Shown here: piece by piece, positions 26,394 through 37,400 of the stretch | Layout of the letters: the number at the start of each line of letters is the position of its first letter | Position numbering within the stretch: position 1 is the stretch's first letter | Position numbers and translations under genes: made by a program | DNA from: Candidatus Cloacimonadales bacterium | GTDB lineage: Bacteria > Cloacimonadota > Cloacimonadia > Cloacimonadales > DAONDQ01 | Length of the DNA stretch: 64,000 nucleotides | Assembly: GCA_963662275.1 (NCBI GenBank) | Contig: OY759316.1 | Span: 2,976,001-3,040,000 of the forward strand | Direction: 5' to 3' | Notes under the pieces: generated by a model | The model's database searches: none | What the model was told of the DNA's origin: nothing | The model's input: only the letters and a program-made list of their open reading frames with translations

Positions 26394-26658
26394 GTTTCAT
26401 ATTGAAGATAATGCCATAAGCAAAAGGAAGGTTTAGCTGTCAAGAAAAAGATGGATTTTTGCAGAAGCTTGTAGTGATAGCTTGTAGATTGCAGGAGAAA
26501 CACAGTAACTAATAACTGATAGAAGAGGAGCAGAACACTATCGAAATGTAGAGTTTGGTTCTCTGCATTCATGGTTTGTTGAAAACCGGAGTGCTATTTT
26601 CAATTACATTGACATTTTATACCGCTCTAGAGATTCAATTACCTTGAGGTTTGAACAT

Positions 26659-29133
26659 ATGAAATACTTGAAAATTGTATGGTTAGTGGGGCTTTTAGCC
26701 TTTGTGCCATTGTTTATCAATGCCTCTGAGAATACGATGATGCAAGCTCTGGCTGATAGTATCAAGGTAGTAGATGATACCCGTATTTTTCCGATGGCAG
26801 TCAGATATCAAAGTCTCTATTTTTCTCAAGACCCAAAATCTACATTAACAATTCATCAAAAGGCATTAAAAATTGCCATCCAAACTGGAGATGAACAGCA
26901 GCAGGCAGCCTTTCAGCACAGAATTGCTCTTTGTCTATACAGTCTCCATCGAATGGAGGACGCCTTACGTTACGATCAACAGAGTTTGCAGTTAAGTAGA
27001 AAACTGAACCTTACTCAAGGAACCGCTAAAGCACTCACATCCATTGGTAAGCATTATTTGAAGCAAAAAAACTTGACTCTGGCTTCTACATATCTCTCAG
27101 AAGCATACCAGGCAGCAAACTTGAATAAAGAAGCTGTATATATAAACAATGTCCTGGAGTTATTAGCTGACTTGGCACATGAGCAAGGAGATAAATTAGG
27201 AGAGATCAAGTATAACAAAGAGGCATATCTGTTGAGTGTGCAGCAAAAAGATAAGGAAGATATCATCTATTTTGGTATCAACTTGGGTATTTCCTATAAT
27301 AATAACGCTCAATATGACAAAGCACTTGAATATTGGGATGCAATGCGCGTGATTCTGGAAAAAGGAAACAACAAATCATCCTTATCCAAAGTGTATAACA
27401 ATATGGGAAACGCCTATGTAAAACTTGGAAACTACGAAAAAAGCCTGAGTTGTTACCTGAAATCCCTGGAGCTAAAAGAATCGATCAGCTCTCCACAGGA
27501 TATTTCACTCTTGCTAGTTAATCTAGGCTCATTATATCTAACCTTGGAGCAGTACCCTAAAGCCCTAGAGCATTATAAAAACGCTCTTCAAATTAAACAA
27601 AAGCTCCATGACGAAGTTGGCATGGCTTCGACCTATAGCAGTATGGGTGTGGCATACCGGAATATGGGACAAAGCGATAAAGCTTTACAAAGCTACCAGA
27701 TGGCAGTGGATATCTTCCGTAAAAAAGCTGACAATATGCATCTAGCTCAAACTTTGAATAATATGGGAGTTTTGTATTCCGAACGAGGAGATACTGCCAA
27801 AGCAATGAGCTTGTTTAATCAGTCGCTGAAGCTTAAAGGAACCAAAACAGATGAAATAGAACAATTGAACTCATATCTGAATATCATTGACCTATCTTTG
27901 AATAAGCAAGTGAATCTACTCAGAGCTGACATGTATCTGACTAGAATACAAAATATGCCTTCTCTCAATCAATTGCCTGACATGCGAGTCAAATTCCTCT
28001 CGCTCCAGTCACGGTACTTTGAACAGAAAAAAGATTTTGCTGCAGCTTTACGTTTTTATAAAGCTTATTCGAATCTGCAGGACAGTATATATTCCAACCG
28101 CAACAGTCTTCAACTGGCTGAATTGGATACACAGTACGGTCTTAGCAGTAAAGAAAAACAAATCACTTTACTGAAGGAAAATGCTGATTTGAATATTCAG
28201 AACATGGCTAAATCACGTATGCTGCGCAATTATCTCATTGTTATTATTATGCTGGCTGTTGGGCTTGCACTCATCCTGTTAAACAGGTATCGTACTCTGA
28301 AACGTTATAACCGATTAATCATTGAAAATGATGCAGAACTGCTAAAACTTAATCTATCCTTGGAGCAGAGAGTGGAAACAGAAATCAACATTCGTCGTCA
28401 CCATGAGCAAAAAGCCTTTCAGCAAGCTCGATTGGCAGCCTTAGGAGAAATGGCAGCTGGTATTGCACACGAACTCAATCAACCTTTACATAGCCTCGCA
28501 TTTACTCTCGATAACATCCTACTCTACCTTAAGGAAGAAAAATCAGAACCGGAATATTTAAATCAAAAAATGGATTATCTCTTTGAGGATATCTCCCGTA
28601 TGCGCAAAGCAATCGATCATATCAGACATTTTGCAAAGGTAAAGACTGACATTGAGGATGAAGTGTTTTTTGTGAACGAATCTATCCTTCAAACAGTTAA
28701 CCTGGTACAAAACCAATATCGCAAGCTTGGTATCACTATTTTAACTGACCTGCAAATTGATTTACCAAGGGTAAAAGGAAATCCTTACAAATTGGAACAG
28801 GTAATGCTTAATTTGCTATCCAACAGCCGTGATGCCATAGGTGAAATGCCCTCGATTCCGAATGACTTGGAAGCTAAAACAATACGCATCACTTCCTCTC
28901 TGATAGACGATAAACTGGTAATCAAGTGTATTGATAGGGGAATTGGAATGCCGGATGAACTGCGAGAAAAGGCTTTTCAATCCTTTTATTCTACCAAAGA
29001 CCCTGAACATGGCACTGGACTAGGGCTTACCATCAGCAAAGGTATCATCCAAGATATGAGTGGAGAAATAACTCTGGAAAGCAAACAGAATGCAGGTACT
29101 ACAGTTTCAATAATACTGCCGGTGAGTGCATAA
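26659..29133 (+). CDS. TPR-containing sensor histidine kinase (NtrB-like core)
   Basis: Multiple TPRs (YNNMGNAY...), TM helix, GEMAAGIAHELNQPL, NLLSNSRDAI, GTGLGL. Confidence 0.93.
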   Translation: MKYLKIVWLVGLLAFVPLFINASENTMMQALADSIKVVDDTRIFPMAVRYQSLYFSQDPKSTLTIHQKALKIAIQTGDEQQQAAFQHRIALCLYSLHRMEDALRYDQQSLQLSRKLNLTQGTAKALTSIGKHYLKQKNLTLASTYLSEAYQAANLNKEAVYINNVLELLADLAHEQGDKLGEIKYNKEAYLLSVQQKDKEDIIYFGINLGISYNNNAQYDKALEYWDAMRVILEKGNNKSSLSKVYNNMGNAYVKLGNYEKSLSCYLKSLELKESISSPQDISLLLVNLGSLYLTLEQYPKALEHYKNALQIKQKLHDEVGMASTYSSMGVAYRNMGQSDKALQSYQMAVDIFRKKADNMHLAQTLNNMGVLYSERGDTAKAMSLFNQSLKLKGTKTDEIEQLNSYLNIIDLSLNKQVNLLRADMYLTRIQNMPSLNQLPDMRVKFLSLQSRYFEQKKDFAAALRFYKAYSNLQDSIYSNRNSLQLAELDTQYGLSSKEKQITLLKENADLNIQNMAKSRMLRNYLIVIIMLAVGLALILLNRYRTLKRYNRLIIENDAELLKLNLSLEQRVETEINIRRHHEQKAFQQARLAALGEMAAGIAHELNQPLHSLAFTLDNILLYLKEEKSEPEYLNQKMDYLFEDISRMRKAIDHIRHFAKVKTDIEDEVFFVNESILQTVNLVQNQYRKLGITILTDLQIDLPRVKGNPYKLEQVMLNLLSNSRDAIGEMPSIPNDLEAKTIRITSSLIDDKLVIKCIDRGIGMPDELREKAFQSFYSTKDPEHGTGLGLTISKGIIQDMSGEITLESKQNAGTTVSIILPVSA

Positions 29134-29166
29134 ATTGGCAGTTATGTTGAAAAAGGAGCTTAACCC

Positions 29167-30543
29167 ATGCAGATATTAGTAATCGATGATGAACAAAGAG
29201 TTATTGATGAAATTTGTGAATTTCTCAAACGTACCGGACACCAGGCTGTTGGTATCCTCAATCCTACAGATGGTTTAGCTCTTCTCAAGCAAGGATCTTT
29301 TGATATCCTTATCCTGGACGTTAAGATGCCGGAAATAAGTGGAATTGAGTTTTTGTCCCAAATCAAGCCTGAGTTTCCAGAGCTGGATGTCATTATCATC
29401 AGTGGACATGGGGATATGGAAACCGTGATAGACGCAATGCGTGCTGGTGCTGCTGATTATCTCAAAAAGCCCTTTCGTCACCAGGAACTGCGTTTGGCAA
29501 TGGAGCGCACGCAACAAATCCACCAATTGAAGTCTGAAATTAACCGTTTAACTGAACACAATACACTAATATCGCAGGAGTTATTTAAACGCATAGAGCA
29601 TCAAATGGTGGGAAATAGCCCCGAAATCAAACATGTCATCGATTTGGCTATGAAGGCTTCTGCATACAGCGATTTGCCTGTCCTGATTACTGGAGAAAGC
29701 GGTACTGGCAAAGAAATCATTGCCCGTTTGATTCATCATGCAAGTGAACGTAAAGCTCACAATTTCCTGGGAATTAACTGCTCTGCTATCCCTGAGAATA
29801 TGCTGGAAAGCGAATTCTTTGGTTATAAAAGAGGTGCTTTCACAGGTGCCTTGTCTGATCGGAAAGGATTCTTTGAATATTCTGACCAGGGTACATTGTT
29901 CTTGGATGAATTGGCAGATATGCCGATGATATTGCAATCTAAATTATTACGTGTCTTGGAAGATAAAGTCATCACTAAACTTGGACTGGACAGACCTATT
30001 CCTGTCAATGTACGTATCATTTCAGCCACAAATCACGATCTGACAAAGTATATCAGCGAAGGGCGTTTCCGACTGGATTTACTCCACCGTATCAATACAT
30101 TTCAAATCCATATTCCACCACTCAGGGAACGAAAGTCAGACATTCCGCTGATTGCACAACACTATATACAAAAACTCTGTATTCAATATGGAAAACCTCT
30201 CTGCACTTTACATTATGAAGCTCTCGCTAAGTTGCTGGAGTATAGCTTCCCAGGTAATGTGAGAGAGCTAAAAAACTTGATAGAAAGAGCTATCCTGATA
30301 GCAAACAGCAGTGTCTTATTGCCTGAGTATTTTCCTCTTGATGCAGAAACTCTCAACCATACAAATGAAGTCAGATCTACATTACCTGTTGCACAGACTA
30401 AAAATTACAATCTAGATAGCAATGAAACATATTTAGTCAATGAAGCAATGCAGGCAACTGACAATAATCAAACAAAAGCTGCTGAGTTATTAGGCATTTC
30501 TCGTCATGCTCTGATCCGCAAACTAAAACATATAAACAGCTAA
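29167..30543 (+). CDS. Sigma54-dependent NtrC-family response regulator
   Basis: Receiver domain, GESGTGKE, ESEFFGYKRGAFTGA, FPGNVREL, Fis-type HTH. Confidence 0.96.
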   Translation: MQILVIDDEQRVIDEICEFLKRTGHQAVGILNPTDGLALLKQGSFDILILDVKMPEISGIEFLSQIKPEFPELDVIIISGHGDMETVIDAMRAGAADYLKKPFRHQELRLAMERTQQIHQLKSEINRLTEHNTLISQELFKRIEHQMVGNSPEIKHVIDLAMKASAYSDLPVLITGESGTGKEIIARLIHHASERKAHNFLGINCSAIPENMLESEFFGYKRGAFTGALSDRKGFFEYSDQGTLFLDELADMPMILQSKLLRVLEDKVITKLGLDRPIPVNVRIISATNHDLTKYISEGRFRLDLLHRINTFQIHIPPLRERKSDIPLIAQHYIQKLCIQYGKPLCTLHYEALAKLLEYSFPGNVRELKNLIERAILIANSSVLLPEYFPLDAETLNHTNEVRSTLPVAQTKNYNLDSNETYLVNEAMQATDNNQTKAAELLGISRHALIRKLKHINS

Positions 30544-30753
30544 GAAACAGCTCTCTTCAAACCCTGCTCTTGCCTGTATCGTTTCCGCACAGTTGTGCGC
30601 TTTGTGCTGTGCGAAAACAGAACAACACTTTCCTCTATATCTCTCTGCAGCAGCATATCTGGTACTATCATTCTCCTGTTTCTCTTTTTTATATGCCTAA
30701 ATTTCAATAAGTTACTGCAAAGCGAATCCTCCTGCTCCAATATAACCATATTA

Positions 30754-30769
30754 TGGCACGCTACGTGAT
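30754..30769 (+). promoter_or_regulatory. Putative sigma54 -24/-12 promoter
   Basis: TGGCACG-CTAC-GTGAT: perfect -24 element, -12 reads GA instead of GC; directly downstream of an NtrC-family gene. Confidence 0.5.
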
Positions 30770-30806
30770 ATATAGAGTTTTCATCGAATTCCATATGGAG
30801 GTTAAA

Positions 30807-32576
30807 ATGAAAAGTTCAGGATATTTCACAGCCATCAATATGAAGGTTACATTGATGTGTATCATATTGTGCATAGCACTTACATCATTAGCCGCACAAC
30901 AGGCTCCCAAAATGACCATATCTTATGCAGGTTTGGAAGCTTGGGACTTCACTCTCTGGTCTTACGATTTGGATGCTCCCGGTGATTGGAATACATCAGA
31001 CGGCAATCCTTTTACACGCAGTGGAAACAGTGAACCAGTCTATGCATACAATTATTTTTCTCCATTTGGTGCGCAGGGGCATGTTACTTGTTCAGCAGAA
31101 AATCTTGCTTTTGTTAACAACCCTAATGACATCTTAATTTGGGATTTGGATGCCTTCTGGCTGAAAGCATATCACAAGATGAATACTGTAGTACCGGGAG
31201 CAGCATGGAGCATTTTGGGACAGGCAGGCGATCAACGTACATATACAAGCGAATACCAATCTCTATATGCTTTCGCAAATGGTGCTTATCAGGCACTTGA
31301 ATTAAAGAACATCCAAATTGACCTCATTGTCCCCTGGCAAAACCAGGCACAAATGCGGGCAAATCTTGCTACAATTGGCTATGGTAATCCACAAAGCTGG
31401 AATGGAGATATTGGCTCAGGAGCTGCTATCATTGGTCACGGTTTTGCAGATATTGACCTGGTACGCACATCAGCTGCCTGGCTTGCAGAATTGGACAATG
31501 GTACCCACCAAGTAGAATTTACGCTCACCGTGACGGATTTCCAGATTCAAAGACCGGATGGTACTTTCGATATGACGATCGATGTTTACCAGGCAGAACA
31601 TGTCATCAATCATGCTAAGTGGCAAGTAAATACAACTGCTGCTTTTCCCCAACTCGTCTCGATACCGCAATGTGATATAGATTTCAACACGATATTAGCC
31701 AACGGTGTTTTCGGAGGCGACGGCATTAATAACGTCATCATCGTAAACGAGATTATGCAGTTACCTTCAGGAGTTCTTCCAAATGGCATCACCAGGGTAT
31801 GTAATCGTTCCTGGAAAATTGGTTCAACCTTGGGAAGCTTCAGAACTTATCTCACCTTTGATCTGTCTGATGCCGCTTTTGGTAATTCTGCAAACTGGCG
31901 TGTTCTTTACAAACCCGACCCTTTATCTCCCTGGGCACAATGGGGAAATAATACGATCATAGATGCAAATCACATCCGAGCCAATCTTGTCACACACTTC
32001 GGGGAATGGACAATTGGAACAACAGAAGTGTTAACTGTACCTAATCCTGTAACCCTGACAACGCCTGTTAATAATGCTGCAAATCTGGCACTTGCACCTA
32101 CAGTAAGCTGGACTCCATCACTTCTGGGAACTCCCGCGACTGTTTTTGATGTTTATTGTGATACAAACGCAGATCCGGTAACATTAGTCGGTTCTCCTAT
32201 AGCATCTCCATTTACATTTACAATACCTCTCGCTTATTCAACAAACTACAATTGGAAAGTTGTTGCACGTAACGCTATAGGAAATTCTATCAACAATACA
32301 GTTCGTTCATTTACCACAATCGATTTGAATACACCGACAGTATCATTGACAATTGATATTGCCACCGGGCAGCCCAAGCTTTCCTGGAATGCGATCCCAG
32401 GAGCCAATAGCTATTACATTTATTGGGATGATAACCCTTGTGGGAATTTCCCTCCTGCTAAATTGATCAACCAGATTCAAACGACCAATTGTCTTCTCGA
32501 TAGTACTGAATCCATGAGATTCTACAGAGTTGTTGCTTCTTCGAATGTAGTTCAAGCGAAGAACGGTAACAAATAG
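30807..32576 (+). CDS. Secreted protein of unknown function with FN3-like C-terminal domains
   Basis: ATG after GGAGG; signal-peptide-like segment; FN3-like (YSTNYNWKVVARN) and C-terminal tail. Confidence 0.7.
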   Translation: MKSSGYFTAINMKVTLMCIILCIALTSLAAQQAPKMTISYAGLEAWDFTLWSYDLDAPGDWNTSDGNPFTRSGNSEPVYAYNYFSPFGAQGHVTCSAENLAFVNNPNDILIWDLDAFWLKAYHKMNTVVPGAAWSILGQAGDQRTYTSEYQSLYAFANGAYQALELKNIQIDLIVPWQNQAQMRANLATIGYGNPQSWNGDIGSGAAIIGHGFADIDLVRTSAAWLAELDNGTHQVEFTLTVTDFQIQRPDGTFDMTIDVYQAEHVINHAKWQVNTTAAFPQLVSIPQCDIDFNTILANGVFGGDGINNVIIVNEIMQLPSGVLPNGITRVCNRSWKIGSTLGSFRTYLTFDLSDAAFGNSANWRVLYKPDPLSPWAQWGNNTIIDANHIRANLVTHFGEWTIGTTEVLTVPNPVTLTTPVNNAANLALAPTVSWTPSLLGTPATVFDVYCDTNADPVTLVGSPIASPFTFTIPLAYSTNYNWKVVARNAIGNSINNTVRSFTTIDLNTPTVSLTIDIATGQPKLSWNAIPGANSYYIYWDDNPCGNFPPAKLINQIQTTNCLLDSTESMRFYRVVASSNVVQAKNGNK

Positions 32577-32613
32577 TAACCTATAGAACATTGCATTGAT
32601 CCCCTAGTCAAAT

Positions 32614-32645
32614 AGCGCAATCTCAGAAATGGGATTGCGCTTGTT
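32614..32645 (+). terminator. Intrinsic terminator
   Basis: AGCGCAATCTCA-GAAA-TGGGATTGCGCT then TTGTT. Confidence 0.7.
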
Positions 32646-32755
32646 AGTTCTAATACCCTCTACCTCCCCTCTTGAGAAGGGAAGTAGTTACTAAGCTAAT
32701 TCGAAGTATAGGGGAGTCTCTTTTATCTGTAAATCTTCAATCTACAATTTTCAAT

Positions 32756-33010
32756 CTGACTCTGTGGAAAAAAGTAGCTAAGGAATACTGGAGTCCAAAT
32801 CGCCACCGTGACTTGTTGATAATCGATTAATTATAGGCGATACGGACTTCCGTATTCCGATTACCTAAACAATTGTTTATTATCACTTTAAGTTCGTTAA
32901 TTTCGCTAATGCCGAAGTCCGCAATTCCTATAAACTGGTAGTAGTATGGTTGTTTTCGTAGGAATTTTGAACTCCGGCATGCTTGTCTGGACTTTTTTCC
33001 ACAGAGTCTC
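32756..33010. mobile_element. MITE-like non-autonomous element (~255 bp)
   Basis: Perfect 18-bp inverted repeat GACTCTGTGGAAAAAAGT (32758-32775) / ACTTTTTTCCACAGAGTC (32991-33008); no convincing ORF; contains two hairpin units. Confidence 0.6.
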
Positions 33011-33036
33011 AATTTTAAATGAACTGTTGTATAATT

Positions 33037-33111
33037 ACTATATCAAAACGGTAGCAATACGGTTTTTTACCGTAATGCTACCGTATTGCTACCGTATTGG
33101 TACCGTAATGC
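33037..33111. repeat. ~75-bp element of 11-bp TACCGTAWTGC units, copy 2
   Basis: Near-identical to 12768-12842. Confidence 0.8.
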
Positions 33112-33255
33112 TCATTAGGATTTAAGATTGAATTTATGATTGAAGACAGAACTTGGGAATTCTAAATGAATGTTAGATATTGGAAAATTGTTATTCTGTT
33201 TTTTGGATTCGTACTTCGTAAATCGAACTTCGGACTTCTCTTGATTCCCATCGGG

Positions 33256-33370
33256 AAGACAGATATTAACACTGGATTTCAATCCGGTGATACGAGTCTC
33301 ATACACAGCGGGATGATAGATTCTCTTTACCTATTTCGCCGGATTGAAATCCGAACGTTATTACCTGTCG
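33256..33370. repeat. REP-like inverted repeat pair
   Basis: GGATTTCAATCCGG (33274-33287) / CCGGATTGAAATCC (33339-33352), each itself a small hairpin, with outer GACAG/CTGTC pairing. Confidence 0.55.
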
Positions 33371-33485
33371 TCAGTACCTGACTAATTTTATATCGTAATA
33401 TAAATAAATGTAGACTTATTTATATTATGTTGGTAGAAAGTCAATATGAAGGAATTGACTCTTTATATTTCCATGAGGGGTATTT

Positions 33486-34232
33486 ATGAGTAATTTATGC
33501 AAGAATTGTAATTCTGAAACTACAGATTTGTTTTGTCCTCATTGCGGACAGTCCACTTCTACAAAAAAGATCGATTGGGCTTTTTGTTTCACGGAATTTA
33601 TCTTCAATAACTTCACTTTCCATAAAGGGATGCTTTTTACTATAAAGTCACTGGTTCTGAATCCAAAAAAAATGGTGGAAAACTACCTGGAAGGAAAAAG
33701 AATCGGCTATACTGGAGCTGTTCAATTCTTCTTATTCATTCTCATTTTTAAAGGTATTATTTCTCTCATAGTGGGAGATGTTGGATCTGAAAAACCGGTA
33801 ACGATTACGACCAACGGAAACAGCTCACCAATTGACATGCAAAGTTATATTAGACCCATGATCTTTATTTTTGTTACCATTTCTTCTCTTGGAAATTACC
33901 TGATCTATAAAAACAGGAAATTTAGTCTTGCGGAGCATTTTGTTCTAAACTTCTATATTATTGGCATGTGCATTTTCCTCACTCAAGTATTCGATTTAAT
34001 CACATTTAACAAATCCCAATATTTGCATGTATTAATCATGGCATTGATCATTATTTCTTATTACATTCGGATATTCTATGATAGGAAAATCAGGATTGTA
34101 GATTTTATTAAGGGGATTTGGTGTATGATCGTGAACCTGATCTTTGCGATAATTGTAGTGCTTAGCGGAATAATTATCTATGGGTATCAGCATAATTTAT
34201 TACAGAATCTGAGTTTCTCCCAATGGTGGTGA
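33486..34232 (+). CDS. DUF3667-like membrane protein
   Basis: N-terminal CKNC...FCPHCGQ, YLEGKRIGY, several TM helices. Confidence 0.8.
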   Translation: MSNLCKNCNSETTDLFCPHCGQSTSTKKIDWAFCFTEFIFNNFTFHKGMLFTIKSLVLNPKKMVENYLEGKRIGYTGAVQFFLFILIFKGIISLIVGDVGSEKPVTITTNGNSSPIDMQSYIRPMIFIFVTISSLGNYLIYKNRKFSLAEHFVLNFYIIGMCIFLTQVFDLITFNKSQYLHVLIMALIIISYYIRIFYDRKIRIVDFIKGIWCMIVNLIFAIIVVLSGIIIYGYQHNLLQNLSFSQWW

Positions 34233-34374
34233 TTACTTCAGGAATCGTGGCAGCATCGTTTACGTTGCTTTTCTGCAGAGCAGTCAATACTTGAAGAAAT
34301 TTCCACACAGCTAAAGGAGTAGCCACCTTTATTGTCACCAGTAATGAAAAGAATAATTCATCAAATTACCCAAT

Positions 34375-34407
34375 AAAAAACCGGGATCAGTATTATCTGA
34401 ACCCGGC
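34375..34407 (-). terminator. Terminator of the large secreted-protein gene
   Basis: Minus strand CCGGGTTCAGA-TAATA-CTGATCCCGG followed by T6. Confidence 0.7.
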
Positions 34408-34427
34408 ATTATGTTATTGTTTGTTTC

Positions 34428-37400
34428 TTATTTACCTGAAGGGCTGCTCAAGGCAGTTACTTTGAAGAATTTATATCCTTGTGAGACAGGTATTCCGATA
34501 GTAGTTGTGGCGATCACAACCGTGCTATACCAGGCACCTGGTTCGGGTGAGTTATTCATATATACACGATAGGCACCTGCACCGCTCACAGAGTTCCAAA
34601 TCAGGCTGATGATACCGGTTTCGTTGTTTATGGCTATCTGCAGGTTCTGTGGAGCAGTTAGAGTCAGCAAAGTATATTCATAACAGCCCATATCCGGTGT
34701 ATTACGAAAACTGCCAGCAATGTCAGTGTTGATACCACTAATTGCTGTTCCTGCATTGATTGCAGGAGAACTGCTCAGCAGCTCATAAGTGCTACCATTC
34801 AGCATAGGATCTGCAAAGATGGAATATTGATCACCTGTATTTTGATTCCACCAATAAGAACTATTGATGATCGTGCTGCCAAGCTTCACTGCCTGGATGC
34901 CAGTACTGTAATAGAGATTATGCGTCCATTTCTGTGATTCAAAATCAAAAAGCTGAGAGAAGATCGCTGCTGAACTAGCTCCGGCTTTACAGATATTATC
35001 CATAAAAGCAAGTTCTGAACAACTCGCACCCTGTCTAAAGGCTGCGCCATCGGAACCAGTGTATGTGTTGACGAATGTATTGTAGTACATCTTTGCATTC
35101 GGGACGTTCTCTAAGTTTACCGAATATTGAACATTGGCACCGGTTTGAACATAGTTATTCACGATAGACTGAGTTCCACCTGTTGTACCAAAGCCATTGA
35201 GCGAGATTCCGGAATAGCCGTTCCCTGTAATTTTGTTTTCTTTGATCTCAGCATTTGAAATTCCATTGTTTTGTGTGATTCCCATATACTTGAAGGAGTT
35301 AATTGTATTCTCGTTTGTTTTTGGAGCAGACATGTAACTAATTTGAATTCCTGTATACGGATTCACAATTGTATTACCGGTAATTTGCAATCCTGTACTA
35401 TACTGAGGAAAATTACTAATTCCGTAGAGATTGAATCCATAGGATAGATTTGATATCCAGTTGTTTTCAAAAAGCAGGTTGGTAAAAGGAATACCAATTC
35501 CACTGATTGCTGAGCTATTGGTCGTATTTTGGGAATTCGGTGTGAGCAGGAAAGAACAGTTTGAGACTGTGAGATCCTCGGTATATCTTTCCAGTTCCAA
35601 ACACTTCGCGTAATGGGTATTCTGCGGCATAAAGGCCAGGTTGGATAAGGTTAGATTCCGAGTATTAAACAGTTTCAACATTCCGTTTGTCTCTTCAGTA
35701 GAAGCGTTTCCATTAAATATTGGTGAATTACCAAGAGTTCCTGTTATTGTGAGATTATTGCTGAGAGAGTTGGGAACATATCCCAGGTCTGCATCAAGAG
35801 AATAATTACCTGCCTGCACATCCAATATCACATCACCTGATATTCCACGTCTCATCAGATCAAGCCAAGCTGTGCTGAGATCAGTATAATTTCCGGTGAC
35901 GCCAACGGTCTTTGTCCCTGTGACTTCTGTGCCGTAATTCGGTATCACACTTGCACCTAAATCATGATTCGTTGGGAAAGCAACACCATCGATATCTGAA
36001 GCAACAGTTGTATGAATCCCTTTGCCACGTAAATAAGAACACTTCGTGTAGCCATTGGCATCAGGCAATGGATTGGCATAAATACCACTCTGATTCGTAA
36101 ATAAACTGGAGATGAATTCTGCTACACCATATCTCACACTGGCTATCTCTGCTATATGCTTGCCACTGTTATAGAAAGCATTATTCCAGTAACTGACGTC
36201 TGTAGCTGTCGCCACATTCAATGCTAAACCTGAAAACGGTGAAGAAAGGATATTATTCTGTAAGATCGTATTCGGACTTTGATAGATCGTCAATGCACTG
36301 CCATAATCAAAGCTGGCAGCACCTGAATTCTCTATGTTGATAGTATTGTTGGTGAGGGTTACAAAAGAGGAATACGCTACGCTCATACCATTTGCATTCG
36401 GACAGCTGCTGTTGCGCAGAGTTACGATATTGTCATACACTCTGACAGGATTTGCCAGCGTGCCTAACACATTGGAGAGACTCACAAGAGTTATCCCTGA
36501 GTAGATTCCTGTAGCATGAAAACGGTTCTTATAGACACTTACATTGCCATCCACATAGTAGAGCGTCATGCTATTGTTGAATGCAGTACAGGTGTTCCCC
36601 GTTATTTCCACGTTGGTTGTTTTGGTAATGCTGATCGGGTTCGCGGTTCCGGTGAAAGTGCAATTTGCCACCCTGACATTACTGTAATACGCACCGTTGT
36701 AATAATCACCAACATACACACCATTTGTTCCATTCTGGAAAATGCAGTTTTCAACAGTCAACCCACTCGCCACAGAGTATCTTGTCGGATAAATTCCTGT
36801 ATTCATGTATGTGGTAAGTATGAAGGTACAATTAGTGAAAATGATATTATCGCAGGCACCTGTCAATTGGACAACACTGCTATAATTGGTCGCAGAATTC
36901 GTACTGAACCGGAATCCAGTGAAAGTGACGTTATCAGCACCCTGTAGTTTGAAAAAGTAATTATCATCAGTTTGAGGATTAACAGCATTAAGTACAAACT
37001 GACAGCCCGCTGCTGCGATCCAATTGATTTTATAGAGAGGTGAAGTCGTTGGGTATTGTTTTATCTGATTGTATCCTGCATAGGTTCCAGCAGTGATAGT
37101 GACATTCACGTTGCCATTGATGCCGTAGAGGTTAATGTCATTGAGGAATGCTTGTATCGTAGGATAATTGCAGCCTGTGGCACCGATGGTGTAATTCCCG
37201 GATAGTCTGGTGGTAATTAGAACACCTGTCTGCTGATCAGCACCAATATCAAAACCACCCGTACGAATTTCGCTATCCATATCATCATTGATTTCGGTTC
37301 TATTAGCCCCGACATGACGGAGCCAAGGACTCCCTGTGTGAATATCAGTCGCTAAAAATGGATTCAAATTCAAGGAAGCGCTGTTGATTTCAGGGATAGC

